55,759 nucleotides of DNA, filler included, from Stramenopiles sp. TOSAG23-2 (GCA_900128395.1; 5 parts of 5 records of this genome joined end to end with filler, not necessarily neighbours in it); one strand, 5' to 3'. Counted from the whole stretch's first letter, positions 33,577 through 46,553 are shown. Translations and numbers: made by a program. The notes: generated from the sequence alone by a model not told the origin.

Positions 33577-34461
33577 ATGGGGAAAAAAGATAAATCTGGT
33601 GCAAAACGTCGTAGAAGGTTAGAGGAACAGAAAGAACGTGAGGCTGGCATTGAGAGTATGAATAATGAAGCAGAATTACAAGCGGAATTACGTGCTTTAA
33701 ATGGTGTAAATAATAATAATAATAATAATGGCCATGACGATAGCCGTCCAACCATTTATAATAACAAAGGTTTATTATCCAAATGTGATGCAATTGATTT
33801 AAACCTTGATTTTCCACAAACATTAGCAGTGGTTAGTCGAATACCAGTAGCAAATGCTGTTCCAAATTATGAAGATGAGTTAGTACGAGAAACAGCATTT
33901 TATACACAAGCACAAGCAGCTGTTGCAATGGCACGGCAAAAGTTAGAAGCAATGAAAGTGCCATATTTACGACCTGATGATTATTACGCAGAAATGTTAA
34001 AAAGTGATGGGCATATGCAACGAATTCGTGATTCGTTGTTGTTTGAAGAGCGTAAAATGGCTGCATTCCAACGTAGGAAAAAGGCACAAGAGCATAAAAA
34101 ATTTGGAAAACAATTAAATGCAGAACGTATTAAAAATAAAGCTGCAGAAAAACGTATGGCAATTGATGCAATTTCACAAATTCGTAAACGCAGAAAAAGT
34201 AACAATGGGAGTGCATTTGATGTCGATGTTGCAGTGGATAAAATTGCTTCACAATCAAGGCATTATAATGGTGGCAGTAATAGTAGTAGTGGGCATAGTA
34301 GTAAATTTAATAAATATCAAAGAGGTAGAGATGCAGAAAGAAATAATAATAATAATAATAATAGGAAAAACAAAAATTACAGCAACAATCGTCGTAGAGG
34401 TGGTGGTGGTGGTGGTGGTAAAAGACCTGGTAAAGGAAGAAGACAAAAGATGAGACGATAA
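33577..34461 (+). CDS. EBP2: rRNA-processing protein EBP2
   Basis: DELVRETAFYTQA, PYLRPDDYYAEMLKSDGHMQRIR, KKFGKQ, C-terminal KRPGKGRRQK. Confidence 0.93.
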   Translation: MGKKDKSGAKRRRRLEEQKEREAGIESMNNEAELQAELRALNGVNNNNNNNGHDDSRPTIYNNKGLLSKCDAIDLNLDFPQTLAVVSRIPVANAVPNYEDELVRETAFYTQAQAAVAMARQKLEAMKVPYLRPDDYYAEMLKSDGHMQRIRDSLLFEERKMAAFQRRKKAQEHKKFGKQLNAERIKNKAAEKRMAIDAISQIRKRRKSNNGSAFDVDVAVDKIASQSRHYNGGSNSSSGHSSKFNKYQRGRDAERNNNNNNNRKNKNYSNNRRRGGGGGGGKRPGKGRRQKMRR

Positions 34462-35160
34462 AAAAAAGTGGGAAAAGAAAAGAAAAAAACTCTATTATTA
34501 TAATATATACGCTCGTAACAAACACATATATGTGTGTGGTGTGTGTGGTAATATTATTACATATCTCGTGATATTTTAATTTCTTTTTTTCGTAAAAATT
34601 TTTTATTTTTTTTTATATATTATCTAATATAAACATGGATTTGCATTTGTATAAGCAACACGGGGTGTAAAATAAAAGGCGATATGGATATTAGCTTAAA
34701 TTATATGTACAATATACAAGAGATATCGATATATTGTTTCTACAGGACAATCAACGGCACAAACAACGGCACCAACTACGGCACCAACTATACGTGATGG
34801 TATGCATGGTTGATCGTTCACATGAGTATCATAATACATACTGTAGTGTTGTATTTTTAGCATTCCTCCTAATTTCTAATTTCCCTTTCATCAAGTATAA
34901 ATTATTATTATACAAGTAGTCATTTGATAGCAGCAAAGAAGAAGAAGTGAAATCAAAAATATTATCACAAACGTTATAATTTTTGTGATTTTTAAATAAA
35001 ATTTTTATTTTAAAATATATATATATATTATATATATAGGAATGGAAAAAGAAAAAACGAACTTCAAAAAAAGTATTTTTCCACCGATACCCGACATAAT
35101 CATAAATATAAGATAGAGAGACGTGTATATATATAGATTAACGATCGAGTTGAAAGAAAG

Positions 35161-35574
35161 ATGGCGGAGAATAATATAGATGGGGGAAATAATAATAATA
35201 ATAATGGTAATACAAATCAACAAGTGGAACCACCAATACAAGTCATCGTAAAAACAACAAAAGCTGGTGATGCAACGCATAAACCAAAAAAAGGACAAAC
35301 GGTACGTATACATTACGATGCATATTTAAAAAGTGATGGGACGAAATTTGATTCGTCGGAAACACGTGGTCATGCATTTGAATTTGTATTAGGTGCTGGG
35401 CAAGTTATTAAAGGTTGGGAAGAATTTTTTCCTGATTTAAGTTTAGGACAAAAAGTACATGTAGAAATTCCACCACAATTAGCATATGGTAGACGTGGTT
35501 ATCCACCAATAGTACCACCAAATGAAACGTTAATTTATGACATAGAGTTAATATCATTTTCTAATATTGAATAA
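35161..35574 (+). CDS. FKBP12-like peptidyl-prolyl isomerase
   Basis: GDATHKPKKGQTVRIHY, GTKFDSS, GAGQVIKGWEE, AYGRRGYPPIVPPNETLIYDIEL. Confidence 0.95.
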   Translation: MAENNIDGGNNNNNNGNTNQQVEPPIQVIVKTTKAGDATHKPKKGQTVRIHYDAYLKSDGTKFDSSETRGHAFEFVLGAGQVIKGWEEFFPDLSLGQKVHVEIPPQLAYGRRGYPPIVPPNETLIYDIELISFSNIE

Positions 35575-36265
35575 CATTTTTTGAACACACACATAAAAAA
35601 CATTAGAAAAGTACCACCAAATGAAACGTTAATTTATGACATAGAGTTAATATCATTTTCTAATATTGAATAACATTTTTTGAACACACACATAAAAAAC
35701 ATTAGAAAATATTGAAAAAACTGAATAGATATAGGTAAAGGTATTTTTATGTAAAATTGTACGTCTCCAAACATTAGTACTACTATTATTATTAAAATGA
35801 ATTATTGTTGTAACTAGTAATATGCTGATGTGAAGAAAAACTACTATTACTACCGTCGCCGATTAGTATTAAAATTACATCTATTGTTATAATTGTTGCA
35901 ACTAGAATTATCATATACCATGGTATTATCCAACGCAGCTGTCGCATTGTGAAGGTTATTATCAAATTATAATGATGATTGTTTGTATCACTACTGTTGT
36001 TACTACTAATAATAAAAGATGATGTGTTCAAAATAGATTGAAAAAGTAAGAGCCATTTTCAAGCGACGATACATTACTACAAACGGATTCATGTCCATCA
36101 AAGGATACTGTGCGTGACCGTAAACTATGTTCACTTCCAATCGAACTACCTAAAGAAATGATAGAAGCTTTATCATCAAATTCCAAATGTTTATGGCATG
36201 GTTGTGAAATACAAGCTATTGTGAGCTTTCATGGTGTTCTTCAATCAAATGCAATGCATATCGCA

Positions 36266-36630
36266 GAGTGGACAAGATAAATAAAAGTGGGCCGCGCTAC
36301 TATTTTCACACTTGATTAATAGATCTAAAATAATAAATTACCATCAATACAACAAGCATTGAAATATGTACAACAAATGAAGGCATTGGAGGTGGTGAAG
36401 GAGGTGGTGAAAAAGTAAAAAACGTGCGGGTTGTGGGTTGTGTATCTAGCAGCACGCCCACACCCATTTATATTTAAAATATATAAAAATATTGAGGAGG
36501 AATTTAAAAAAAAAAATGCGTAATATATTTCACATACACTCTCTGTAGAGTGTATTTGTTTTTTACTCAGAGTGAACAAGATAAATAAAAGTGGGCCGCG
36601 CTACTATTTTCACACTTGATTAATAGATCT
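36266..36630. repeat. ~60-bp direct repeat pair about 304 bp apart
   Basis: ACAAGATAAATAAAAGTGGGCCGCGCTACTATTTTCACACTTGATTAATAGATCT at ~36272 and ~36576. Confidence 0.9.
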
Positions 36631-37573
36631 GAGACAAACGTTGCCCACCATGGTTGGGTGACGTTTGGAAAATTTTTTGAAATGGAGAAAGATTTCTTAA
36701 CAAGTTCCTATAAATTTATGATCCTTCTTTTCTTTTTTCTCTTTCTTTTTCTCTCTTTTCTCTCTCTTTTTTCTCTCTTTTTCTTTTCTTTTTCCTTTGT
36801 TATTAGTGTTATTTGTTACAACCGTGGTAGCTTGGCTGTTACTTAAGTTCCTATAAATTTATGATCCTTCTTTTCTTTTTTCTCTTTCTTTTTCTCTCTT
36901 TTCTCTCTCTTTTTTCTCTCTTTTTCTTTTCTTTTTCCTTTGTTATTAGTGTTATTTGTTATTTCGGTAAAAAATGTCATAAAAATATAGTTTTAGGATA
37001 AATGGCTAAATTCCTTAAAAAGCATGTAAAAATTACAGAATATTGATAAAAATGGCAAATACAACAGCACACTATTATAAAATAGAATCACCCAATCCAC
37101 TATTGATTAAATTAATCAAAAATATAAAATTTTAATCAAGTGACTTGATTAAGTGTTCTCCCTACACACACTTTCCACCCAAAATACCTGGGTGCCCACC
37201 CAAATAGCAACTTGATTAACGAGCCGCCCACACCGGCTCATATCAACAAAATGTTCACCTTGTTTTTACTCTCGTATTTTTTATTTTTAACTTTTAGATT
37301 TTTTAACCCGCACACCGCACAGACATTTTTTTCAATTTTTATTCACACACACATTGTCGCACCCTTGCCCCCTGCGCTGTAATTGCATTAATGCATAATT
37401 TTACTTTTCTTCTGTTTTTTCTAATTTTTCCACCCCCCACATCCTACCAAAACACCTTTTTTTTCATTTATTCCTCTGATGCATTATTGTTGTTGATTTC
37501 ATTTGCAAACATTAACATCTCTTCTACACTTATTGCATTATCATGGTTTTCATCCATACACCTTTTTTTTCAT

Positions 37574-39545
37574 TTATTCCTCTGATGCATTATTGTTGTT
37601 GATTTCATTTGCAAACATTAACATCTCTTCTACACTTATTGCATTATCATGGTTTTCATCCATGATTTTAAATTTAGCATCGACTAATTTATGTTGCAAT
37701 AAACATTTTAAATTTGCATTACTTGCCATTAAATCTTGTACTTTTTGATTTAATTGTACTGCTTTTAAAAAAGCACGTTTCGATATACTACCTTTATGTT
37801 CTTTATCTATAATATCAAATATCGATGTAACAATTGATTTTTCAACATTATCAACAACCACATCATTATTATTAATATCATTATCGCTTTTACTTTCTAC
37901 TTTTGCATCAATGGTGGTAGTATTGTTATTTTCATCATCCGCATTTGTATTTGGAATTGTACTAATACCAGTTGATTTCATTTTCACTATTGGACGTCCT
38001 TTCCATGACCATGTTTCCATATCTGTATTTGATGTATTAAATAATGAATTACCAATAATAGTTGTTGGTGCGCTTGTAGTATTCCCATCAAATGGATTGG
38101 TTTGTACTCTCCATGGATCATTATACACACTCATGCCATTAACTGGGCGTATTGCTGGCATTGATATATCATGAACCGGATCATATTTATCTATATCAAT
38201 ACCTTCCAATTGCCGTGTTGCTAATGCATAAAATAAACGTTTATCATCTTCCAATTGTTTTTTCACCGTACGTTGTTGAATACGTTGTGTTTGTAAATCA
38301 GCTTCTACTTGTTCACTTATTTGTTTCTGTCGTTCAAATGTTGCATGTGCAGCAATTGCAGCTGCACGATGTGTTTCCGCTTGTAAACGTTGTATTTCTA
38401 ATTGTTCTAATCGCGATTGAGATAATTTTTGTTCCTAAATAAATATAAAAGTATATATGTATGTATTTATGTGTTAGTCGTTCAAATGTTGCATGTGCAG
38501 CAATTGCAGCTGCACGATGTGTTTCCGCTTGTAAACGTTGTATTTCTAATTGTTCTAATCGCGATTGAGATAATTTTTGTTCCTAAATAAATATAAAAGT
38601 ATATATGTATATGTATTTATGTGTTAGATTCTTTTTTTTTGATGTAATAAATATACGTATAATACATACCACTTGTCTTAAACGTTCTGATTCACGTAAC
38701 ATTTCTTGTTGTACTGATACAGTTGCATTGTTACTATTACTTGTAGTACTTTTACTAGATGTATTATTATTGTTTGTAGTACGATATGGATATGGTAACA
38801 TACTTGGATATGTATGTAATGATGAATTAGGTGGTGGTGTGTAACTATTGATCGTTGATACATATGCACGTGAATATGGATAATATGTTGACGATAGTGG
38901 CGGCATACCCATATTGGTATAAGAACGATTTGCACCAAGAATTGTTGGTGCTGTACGTCTAAATTGTTGTTGTTGTTGATTCATTGGATTCATCATTGGT
39001 GGCATCATCATCATATTGTTGTTGTTGTTGTTGTACATCATATTTGGTTGCGTTTGCTGTTGTTGTTGCTGTTGCATCATCATCCTCATAGGCGGTGCAG
39101 ATGGCATTGTATTTCTTGGCATCGTTTTATTGTTACTATTTGCAGTCGTCGTTGCTGTAGTTGTAATGTTGTTGTTGTTGTTGCTTTGATGAATACCAAT
39201 ATTATTATTATTATTATTCATGGCATTACGTTGTTGTTGTTGTTGTTGTTCCATTTGTAACAATTGTTGTTGTGCAAGTTGTGTACGTCTTAAATGTTGT
39301 TGTTGTTGTTGATACATTTGTTGTTGTTGTTGCATATTTTGCATCATATTATTTGTATTATTAATATTATTATTATTATTCATCATTAATAACGAATTAT
39401 TATCATTATTATTATAACGTGGTGGCATCATCATACTTTTCATTGCATTATTATTGGTATTGTAATAATATGGCGTTTGTTTACGTTGTGGTAAATATGA
39501 ATTGTTGTACGTTGGTGGTGGTACGTAATTGTTTGAATGATTCAT
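37574..39545 (-). CDS. Q/N/P-rich protein with coiled coil and C-terminal EF-hand pair; exons 39545-38670 and 38434-37574
   Basis: GT donor at 38669 and an AG acceptor that puts exon 2 (EQKLSQSRLEQ...) in frame with ORF 37574-38266. EF loops DKEHKGSISKRA and DENHDNAISVEE. The acceptor region is duplicated with a 148-bp period. Confidence 0.78.
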
Positions 39546-40162
39546 CTTGTATTTTATATATTATTATTATTTTTTTTCACAGTTATATAAATGTTCGTTT
39601 TGAAATAATAAGAATTTTACTAAACAAATGTGTAAAAAAACTCTTAAAAATGTTTAATTTAATTTTAACTATTATTTTTATTATTTATATATATAAAGAG
39701 AGAAAGAAATAGATGTAAATATTATATTCTTTCGTATGACAACTATATCTATATTATATGTTAATAATAATATATATGTATATATCTTCTTTTAATTTAC
39801 CAATAAGTCCCTTCCCACTTCACCAATATATACATATACATGTATGTATGTAATAAGACATACTGGTATAAGAAGTTAATAAAAAAGCTGTCGTTTGATT
39901 CTAATTATTTCCAATAGTAAATAGTGTTAAATTATGTTGTGAAGAGGGTGAACAATCTCTAACGGTTGATGGGGGTTTGAGATCGGCTATATTTGACTAC
40001 AGATTGTTTGTACTTGAATATTATGCCTATCTAATTGTATTACATTACATAATGTCATACTTGCATGTTTCGATAGAATTCCTATATAATACATGGAAAT
40101 CTGGAAATCTATTTATTTGAATACAGATTGTTTGTACTATAAAATATAACACACTTGCTAAT

Positions 40163-40445
40163 TGCTAATATAATAGTATGGAGATAGCACACACATGTTG
40201 TATATATCCCTTGCTCCTTGCTATGCACCTGCTAATACAATAGTATGGAGATAGCACACACATGTTGTATATATCCCTTGCTATGCACCTGCTAATACAA
40301 TAGTATGGAGATAGCACACACATGGTGTATCTGTTGCTATGCACCTGCTAATACAATACTAGCACTGCAGCAGCACAGCACAGTGTGTGTAAGAAAGAGC
40401 AGCACAGCAGCACAGCAGCACAGCACAGAGCACACAGCACAAGAT
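40163..40445. repeat. Three ~60-67-bp tandem repeats followed by a (CAGCA)n-like microsatellite
   Basis: TGCTAATA(T/C)AATAGTATGGAGATAGCACACACATG unit three times, then CAGCA/CACAG runs. Confidence 0.9.
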
Positions 40446-40973
40446 GTGCAGAGGAGCAGTCCAGCAGTACAGCAGTATACTGTATACTACTGTAGCTTGT
40501 AGCTATGAAAGCGGCGAGGAACTCCAGCATCCAGGCCAGCACTCGACTAATAGAGGAGCAGAGGAGAAGAAGATGGTGAATGAATTAATAATAATAAATG
40601 AATTAAATATATAAATAAATGAATTATTATTGATGGATCAATAGATTCAATAGATAGTCGTAAATATAATAGAGATTTCAATACATCAAAGACAGATTAA
40701 TAAGATTAACAACATTTTCGTATTTGATATTAGCTTATATCAGGGTAAGAATACATATTATTGTCGTCTCTCGCTGTGTGTGTGTATATATATATATATA
40801 ATATATACAAACATTATTATTTCATTTTAAATAATCCAGAAATAATATCATAGATCAATTAAAGATATATATATATATCATAATATATAAATAATAATTT
40901 ACAACAACAGAAATAAAAACAACAAATATATATATATACAAACAACCAAACCCAATAAAACAACAACAAGAAA

Positions 40974-42779
40974 ATGGATACAAAATATTTAGATTTATAT
41001 ACAGGTGGTCATGAAACAAAAGAATCATCACCAAATAGTACTATAAACAACAACAATAATAATGATACAACAACAAAACAACAAAAATATACCGGTGCAT
41101 TTGTAACTGGTAAATTACCATTATGGTGTCATTTTGCATATGTTGATATTTTTGCAGACCCATATATCGATAAGAAACAACGATTTTTGGAACGAAGCCA
41201 TCCAGGAATTGTATGTTTAGCCCAATCGTTGAAATTATACAATCTAGTATTACAACGTATGCTTGGTGAACCATTAGGGGAACATGCAAAACATATTGGA
41301 CATTTATCACGTTTATATACCGAAGCATTGCAAATTGGTGCACGTTTGCCAATTGGAAAAGTTGATGATCCAGATAGTAATTTTTTAACTTTTTTGCAAT
41401 TTTTTGTTGGACGTGTCGGTGCATTACGACCTGGGGAATCGTTATTGTTTCCAGGTGGTTGGAGATGCGAAACAAAAGAAGGACATGCGATTATGTTTTT
41501 ATTACATCGACATCAAAGTTCATTTGCATTAGGATTAAGCAATACTGGTGGTATTATTTTTGAAGATGATGAAGAAGAAGAAGAAGGACCAAACAAAAAA
41601 ACAGATAATGATACGGATAATGGTTTAAAATATCATCCTGGAAAAGCAGAATGTATACCACCTAAAATGAAACGTGCAATGTCGATTGTATGTGAAGATA
41701 TACCAACAGAACGTTTGTTGGATTCATCGTTTTGGTTCATGTTATTTAAACAATTAGTATATCCAAGTGATAAAAATGGACCAAAAGAATTATATGAAAT
41801 ATTATTGCCATATTTAAATAATCGACCATTTAGTGCAAATGCATATGTAAATCCAAGATTTTTAACACAAAATGATGTGGATGGTAATGATAATCAATCT
41901 ATTACATATAATAATAATTTACCTCAAGGTGTTGATGATACACCAGATGAATTATGGGGTATGGGTAGTAGTAATAGTAGTAATAATAATAATAATAGTA
42001 TTGGTGGTGGTGGTTTATCATCTATGATGGGTAATACTATGAATAACAATAATACTACTAGTAGTAGTACTGGTCTTGGTTCATCGAATAATATGAGTTT
42101 TAATTTAGGTAGTATGAACAATAGTAACAACAACAACAATACCAACACATCACAACCAAAACGCCCACCAAGACCAAATAATAATAATACCAGCAGTGCA
42201 TTGGATTTAGATTTTTTAGGTACCTCCTCTTCATCTAATAATACTGCAAATAATAATAATACAAGTGATCCATTTGATATGTCCGGATTTAATACAAGTA
42301 ATTCTATGGCATCAAATAACATGAAGCCGAAAACAACAACAAAACAAGTTGGTATATCGATTAAAGGAAAAAAGAAAAAGAAGAAAAAAAATGCTTCTAC
42401 GTTAAAATTATCGCACAACAACAACAACAATAATAATAATAATAGTAGTAGTAGCAACAACAATGATGATGATGATCCATTTAGTATGTTATCCGGAAGT
42501 AGTAGTACTAACACAAATAGTAACAATACGATGGATATGTTTGGTATGTCATCAATGTCATCAACATCAACAACCAAGAAATCAAATCCAAATGCTATGG
42601 CTGGTGATTTATTAGATGCCTTTGAAAGTGGTGGTGGTGGTAGTAGTGACAGCTCAAACAATTTGATGATGATGAATAATAATAATAATAACAACAACAA
42701 TACAACTTCAAGTAGCAACGTCGATTTAGACTTTTTTTCTAGCGATAATAATAATAGTAGTAGTAGTAGTAGCAGTAGC

Positions 42780-42810
<31 letters not shown>

Positions 42811-43499
42811 TGATGATGATGATGAACAATACAATTACAAGTAGTAAACCAATGAGACCAATCAAACCATCTAAAAATGATCGAAGCAAACCAATTATAA
42901 AACCACCACAATCACAAACGATGTCCATGAATATGGGTTCATTGAATACAAATAAAAATAATTCAATGCAAATGACGATGAATACCACCACCACAAATAA
43001 TAGTAGTAATAATAATGCGAATAAAAATAATTCAATGCAAATGAATATGAATATGGGTAGCATGAACATGAATATGTCGCAAGGTGGCAATAATAATAAC
43101 AACAACAGAAGGATGATGAATTCAATGCAACCAATGCAAATGCAACAACCAAACAAAGGTATGGGACGTGGTATGCCATCATCTAACAATATGAATATGG
43201 GTAGCATGAATATGAATTCTGGACAACAACAACAACAACGACGAACAATGGGAATGCAAATGCAAATGCAACAGCGTAGTGGTGGTGTTGGACGTGGGAT
43301 GCCACCAAACAACATGAATATGGGTAGCATGAACATGAATAACATGAATCGTAGAATGCCACAAAACAATATGAATATGGGCAGTATGAACATGAACAAT
43401 ATGAACAGAGGCAACAATATGATGCAACCGATGCAGCCAAACCGAAATATGGGTGGTCGTGGTATGCCACCTAATAATAATAATAATAATAATAGTTAA
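40974..43499 (+). CDS. Hypothetical protein: globular N-terminal domain fused to an N/S/M-rich tail with DPF/DLL-type motifs; possibly chimeric
   Basis: 841-aa ORF. About 310 aa of ordered sequence (PGGW, GHA, NTG, GLKYHP), then low complexity with LDLDF, DPFDM, DPFSM, DLLDAF and Met-rich repeats. Confidence 0.65.
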
Positions 43500-43733
43500 A
43501 ATTAAATTAAACATTTTTAAGAGTTTTTTTACACATTTGTTTAGTAAAATTCTTATTATTTCAAAACGAACATTTATATAACTGTGAAAAAAAATAATAA
43601 TAAATAATAGTTAAAATTAAATTAAACATTTTTAAGAGTTTTTTTACACATTTGTTTAGTAAAATTCTTATTATTTCAAAACGAACATTTATATAACTGT
43701 GAAAAAAAATAATAATAATATATAAAATACAAG

Positions 43734-44616
43734 ATGAATCATTCAAACAATTACGTACCACCACCAACGTACAACAATTCATATTTACCACAACGTAAAC
43801 AAACGCCATATTATTACAATACCAATAATAATGCAATGAAAAGTATGATGATGCCACCACGTTATAATAATAATGATAATAATTCGTTATTAATGATGAA
43901 TAATAATAATAATATTAATAATACAAATAATATGATGCAAAATATGCAACAACAACAACAAATGTATCAACAACAACAACAACATTTAAGACGTACACAA
44001 CTTGCACAACAACAATTGTTACAAATGGAACAACAACAACAACAGCAACGTAATGCCATGAATAATAATAATGGTATTAATCAAAGCAACAACAACAACA
44101 TTACAACAACAGCAACGACGACTACAAATAGTAACAATAAAACGATGCCAACAAATACAATACCATCTGCACCACCTATGAGGATGATGATGCAACAACA
44201 GCAACAACAACAGCAAACGCAACCAAATATGATGTACAACAACAACAGCAATATGATGATGATGCCACCAATGATGAATCCAATGAATCAACAACAACAA
44301 CAATTTAGACGTACAGCACCAACAATTCTTGGTGCAAATCGTTCTTATACCAATATGGGTATGCCGCCACTATCGTCAACATATTATCCATATTCACGTG
44401 CATATGTATCAACGATCAATAGTTACACACCACCACCTAATTCATCATTACATACATATCCAAGTATGTTACCATATCCATATCGTACTACAAACAATAA
44501 TAATACATCTAGTAAAAGTACTACAAGTAATAGTAACAATGCAACTGTATCAGTACAACAAGAAATGTTACGTGAATCAGAACGTTTAAGACAAGTGGTA
44601 TGTATTATACGCATTC
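43734..44616 (+). CDS. Second, inverted, slightly diverged copy of exon 1 of the 37574-39545 gene (3'-partial)
   Basis: Same MNHSNNYVPPP...ESERLRQV sequence and same GT donor; differs in Asn/Gln tract lengths and a few residues. Confidence 0.8.
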
Positions 44617-44716
44617 NNNNNNNNNNNNNNNNNNNNNNNNNNNNNNNNNNNNNNNNNNNNTTAATTAATTAANNNNNNNNNNNNNNNNNNNNNNNNNNNN
44701 NNNNNNNNNNNNNNNN
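44617..44716. other. Artificial scaffold linker
   Basis: N44-TTAATTAATTAA-N44. Confidence 0.99.
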
Positions 44717-45051
44717 AAAATATTATTACCTTGAAATCTTTAAAAAAACAACAAAATCTGCAATTTTCTTAGTAATCTATTATAATAGCTGAATTTAATA
44801 GTAAGAATAATATTGATGAAAATGAAGGATATGGAGGCCGAGTGAGTAATTCGTATTTTCCACCTAGATGTTATTATAATGGTTATACTGGTCATGGTAA
44901 TGGATCACACGTTATTGTTGGTATAGTTAGAGGCCGAAGGAGTGGGGGGGGCGTCTCCGTGGGTTCGTCGTGGGCTCCACCTCGCTACCGAATGCATCAA
45001 TCTTCTGAGTCCATAAGCATTTCGTAATTTTGATTCACTCTTCTCTCTTCT

Positions 45052-46020
45052 CTACAACTTTGATTTATTATTCATATTATCTTCTTTTGGCCAAAATGCA
45101 ATAGTTCTAATTTCAACACTTTCTCGACTTGGGTAATTACTTGGTGCATTTGGCAAATCAAAACCAGCATGTGCACTTGGAACTCCACCAAATTTGGAAT
45201 CATAACATTTTAACAATATACATTCATCATTCATTAAATCACTGACATAACACCATTTATGGTTTGGATTGTATTTAGCAACACTAATACCACCTTCACG
45301 ATCAGGATATACAAATTTCAAATCAGCAAAATCATTTGGTGCAAATGATTCTTTATCGCATACAGCTAATGAATTGTCTTTCACTGGATGGGCACCAATG
45401 GAACGCCATACATTGATAAACGCTACACGATGAGTGTCTAATAAATATTTTGCTTCTTCCATATTTAACAATGGTTCTTTAACGGTATTTGCTGTAATAT
45501 CAGCATCAATTGGTGCTGCCAACTGTAAAACACGATTTCGTGCACTTATTGGAGTATAATCATTATGACATAAACCTACAGGATTTTGAATTGGTGCCCC
45601 ACCTTTTAATAATTCACCTGCAGCTTTTTTGTTTCTTAAAACATGGTCAAATACTAAAACTTTTGCAGCACCAGTTCGTTCCTTTACAAGCTCTCCACAT
45701 GCCGGGTAATATTCATTCATAACAATTTCATTATCATAATAATCCATAGTTGATAAAGATGATTTATTTTTAACATACATAAAACCATGATTATCTAAAG
45801 CATCTGTTGTTGTCCATTTAGATATCTCTGGTCGAACATCTCGTACTTTCATAACGCGCGGGTCTTTGTTCTCCGGTAAAAATGGATTAAAAACTTCACC
45901 ATGTTCTTCAATAGGTGGTTTTAATCCTTTGTCCTCAAATCTGAGATATAACACCATTTGTTTATTATTATTTGGTGTATAATTTAAAGTAGCATTGACG
46001 AATGTTCCAGAATTTGCCAT
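45052..46020 (-). CDS. CmcJ/NvfI/AsaB-like (GA4-desaturase-like) oxidoreductase, copy 1
   Basis: DVR, HGF, EYYP, VFDHVLR, HNDYT, INVWR, LAVCD, HKWCY, KCYDS, HAGF, RESVEIR; likely start MANSG at 46020. Confidence 0.85.
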   Translation of the reverse strand: MANSGTFVNATLNYTPNNNKQMVLYLRFEDKGLKPPIEEHGEVFNPFLPENKDPRVMKVRDVRPEISKWTTTDALDNHGFMYVKNKSSLSTMDYYDNEIVMNEYYPACGELVKERTGAAKVLVFDHVLRNKKAAGELLKGGAPIQNPVGLCHNDYTPISARNRVLQLAAPIDADITANTVKEPLLNMEEAKYLLDTHRVAFINVWRSIGAHPVKDNSLAVCDKESFAPNDFADLKFVYPDREGGISVAKYNPNHKWCYVSDLMNDECILLKCYDSKFGGVPSAHAGFDLPNAPSNYPSRESVEIRTIAFWPKEDNMNNKSKL

Positions 46021-46553
46021 GTTTACGAATATATATATATCTAAATATATGTGCACGTGAACTTACTATTTATAAATGTAATGTTTCTAATATATATTGT
46101 GTACTACAACATGATGCCATTGTCTTCATCGGTAAGTATCCATATAATGTTTGTTTTTTTTATAGTTGATCCATATAATGTTTGTTTTTTTTATAGTTGC
46201 ATTGGATTGCAAAATAAAAAATAGATACACAAAAAATATTTGACTGAAGCTAACCATAGCACACGGCACACTTATTGACAGATACACACATATTCCAATC
46301 GTTATATTTATTATATATATACATATATGAAGAGACACATCCAGAGAATAATTATAACGTGTTTGAATTTATATTATTACATATATACGTAATTAAAATA
46401 ATTCATTTTTAAATTTTTATTTTTTTTATCCATCATCATCATTTATATTGAAGTAATATAAAAAGTATAGTAATTTACTAAATATTTTACATTATAATAT
46501 AAAAAGAAAGAACAAACAGAAAAAAAAAAAAAAAAAAACCACATATTTTACTG

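Noticed and set aside
40163-40360. Possible CRISPR array (3 repeats with short spacers)
   Set aside because: The spacers are near-identical, so this is a plain minisatellite.
41924-43417. 497-aa poly-Leu ORF and similar antisense ORFs (13398-13658, 15444-15833, 26965-27378)
   Set aside because: Shadow frames of AAT/CAA/GAA-rich coding strands.
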